Part shown: piece after piece, positions 61,667-64,000 of the stretch
Numbering within the stretch: the first letter of the stretch is position 1
How the letters are laid out: each line of letters begins with the position of its first letter
Assembly (NCBI GenBank): GCA_951804945.1
Contig: OX638154.1
Span: forward strand, 82,460,001 to 82,524,000
Direction of reading: 5' to 3'
DNA: 64,000 bases
Source: Podarcis cretensis
Lineage: Eukaryota
The notes under the pieces: model-generated
Told to the model about the DNA's origin: nothing
Databases searched by the model: none
The model's input: only the letters and a program-made list of their open reading frames with translations
Position numbers and translations under genes: made by a program

Positions 61667-62784
61667 ACATGGAGGGACCCACTGAATGGTTTGAGTTTCT
61701 AACGTACACTTCTTACATTTTACATTTTCAGATTTAAATTGCTATAATTGGCTTTGTAGTGGACACCTTAGACACCATAATATTTTTTCTCTCACACCCT
61801 TCCCCACCCTCCTTGCCCTTTCAATCATTTCCTACTTTCTTTACGAACTTGTCATTTAGCTCCTAAAAATATCTGTGTTATCAGGGTTCAGACTCAGGGC
61901 TTTCGCTGAGAGATTATTGTTTGCCAATAATTAGTTTTGTGGTGCATAGCATCTGAGTGGCTCCCTGGTCCTTCTGAGCAGCCTATTATGCTAACTTTCA
62001 GTTTCCTGACTGGTCTGCCAAACAAGCACAGATGGAGATAGAAGGAACTTTTGGCTTACTGATAACAGTGATGTTCCCCTTCCGACATCTACACAGAAAA
62101 CATGGCAGTTTTCGCAGAAAACCAGCGTGTTGCAGAAAACAACCCATAAACAAGCAGAGGATACAAGTGCTAGCAGGAAGGAAGGCCAAGAACAGACAAA
62201 AGGGAAACAATTTTGTTGCTAGATGTTGAGATGTTGTTTTTGAGACTCTGAAAATGTTTTGCAAAATTTGAAAAAGGCATGGCCTTGAAAGCATCACGCT
62301 ATCTTAACGTTTATAGAGGTGGCTTCACAGTGCGCTTAGCGTAGTGATGAAAGCCTTGCTGTCTCAGTATTGAAAACGGGTCTGTCGTTACGGTTTGAGT
62401 GAAGATTAGAATTGCCTGATTAGAATCCAGAATTTGACAAAAGGAAGGTTCTTGTTTCTTACTTTGGCTGTGGTTGATCCTCCGAATGGTTCATTCACCT
62501 GCAAGGGTGGCCCCTGAGAGGCGTGCTTGGTAGATTGTGTGGCAACTAGGGTCAGCCCAAGACATTTTGCTGCTTCAGGTGAAGGGGAAACTGACACAAC
62601 CGCTTTCTAGGGAGAACCGGCAGTATAATCGTACAGGTGACATGACAGCAGGCTTGCTCACACCCTGCTTTTCAATCTGTTAATATACAACCTTACATCT
62701 CCAGTGCCCTATCATTCAGAGAAAAGATACCCAGCAGTACATCCCTTGGAACTCCTCAGCTCTCATAAATATATATATAGTCTG

Positions 62785-63010
62785 TAGAGGGCCTTCTCGG
62801 TAGTGGCTCCCGCCCTGTGGAATGCCCTCCTATCAGATGTCAAGGAAATAAACAACTATCTGACTTTTAGAAGACATCTGAAAGCAGCCCTATTTAGGGA
62901 AGCTTTTAATGTCTGATGTTTTATCCTTTTTAGATTTATTTATTTATTTATAATTTTGTTGGGAGCTACCCAGAGTGGCTGGGGAAACCCAGCCAGGTGG
63001 GCAAGGTATG

Positions 63011-63071
<61 letters not shown>
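62785..63071 (+). mobile_element. L2 3' end with (GATA)n tail
   Basis: Translates RAFSVVAPALWNALLSDVKEINNYLTFRRHLKAALFREAF. About 14 GATA units at 63013-63071. Confidence 0.9.
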
Positions 63072-64000
63072 TATGGGTTTTGGTTTATTTTTTAACTGCT
63101 GTTATTTTATACTGCTCCGATCTCCTTAGGGGGGAAAATGGAATCTAAATTATTTTTGATATCCAGCTAACTTGTGAATGTTAATATGAGGTACAGGAAA
63201 GAGCCTGAAATGAGCATCATTATCAATGTAGCTTTTTCATTTGATTTACAGACACAAGAGAACCAAGTGCCAGGTGAAACTATGCTTGAGAATACAATTA
63301 TACAAATGGTTTCAAAGAATAGTGTAGAATCTTATGTCAAGGGTACTTGGTGATGTCCTCACTTCATAAAGTTAGATTAAACATTTTGCAATTACTATTT
63401 TTGTTGCAAATAATGTTTTGGGCCAACATTAAATATTTATTAAATCTCCCCCCCTTTCATGAACAAACACTTTTTAAAAAAATGTTAAAAAAGACACACC
63501 AAAATTTAAGCTGAAAAGAAAAAAATACAAAACTTATCTTGATCTTTCTAGGTGTTGCTATGTATTTGAGTAATATGTTGTCAAACCAACAGCATTCCTA
63601 AGATGCATTAAACTAATATTTCATAAGAATGCCTCAACCCTGATGATGTATTAATGTAATACATCGTTAAGGCGCCATTGCTCTTATGACATATAGCTCA
63701 AAATATTCCTATACTATTGAAGCACTACCTAGGGCATCTAGATTTGCTCAACCTAGGAAGGAAAAAAATGTTTCTAACGGCTAAGGTGTTGAGTTTTTGC
63801 AAAGGGGGATGCATAGAGAAATGCAGCTGAAAGCTAGATGTATCTGGAGGAAGCAATGGCATTGCATAGTTTGTGAAATAAAAATAAAGAAGAGCCAGAG
63901 TGAAGTTGTAAAATTCCTAAATGCCAAAATAGGAGCCGGAAGATTTGATCCTGGCTACTCATTTTTGATATTGCACAGAAGCACACACCTTTTTGTGTAA

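Noticed and set aside
62344-62419. C/D snoRNA candidate with 76-nt span
   Set aside because: No terminal stem, no clear C'/D' boxes, and no rRNA complement I could identify.

Overview
Eukaryotic, AT-rich, apparently non-coding (intronic or intergenic) DNA from a squamate reptile, most likely a lacertid lizard. This is inferred from its repeats: Sauria/Squam1 SINEs, Squam3-type CORE SINEs, BovB, L2, CR1, L1, Rex1/Babar, Penelope, and hAT, Tc1-mariner and Harbinger MITEs. I found no host protein-coding exon. Every recognisable protein in the ORF track is a retrotransposon remnant. Repeat-free blocks between the elements look like conserved non-coding elements, but that is inference without alignments. 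Most notable: (i) four N-blocks of 180, 180, 132 and 204 nt, all multiples of 12 and lying in unique sequence, which look more like masking than ordinary gaps; (ii) a degenerate Penelope-type minimal hammerhead ribozyme; (iii) a nested four-element insertion whose Rex1 ORF can be rebuilt by removing the inserts; (iv) a composite hAT-like element holding an L2 3' end between duplicated termini; (v) a CR1 with its tail at both ends; (vi) a probable solo LTR. I see no convincing new biological system. Family names come from recognition, not from a database search.
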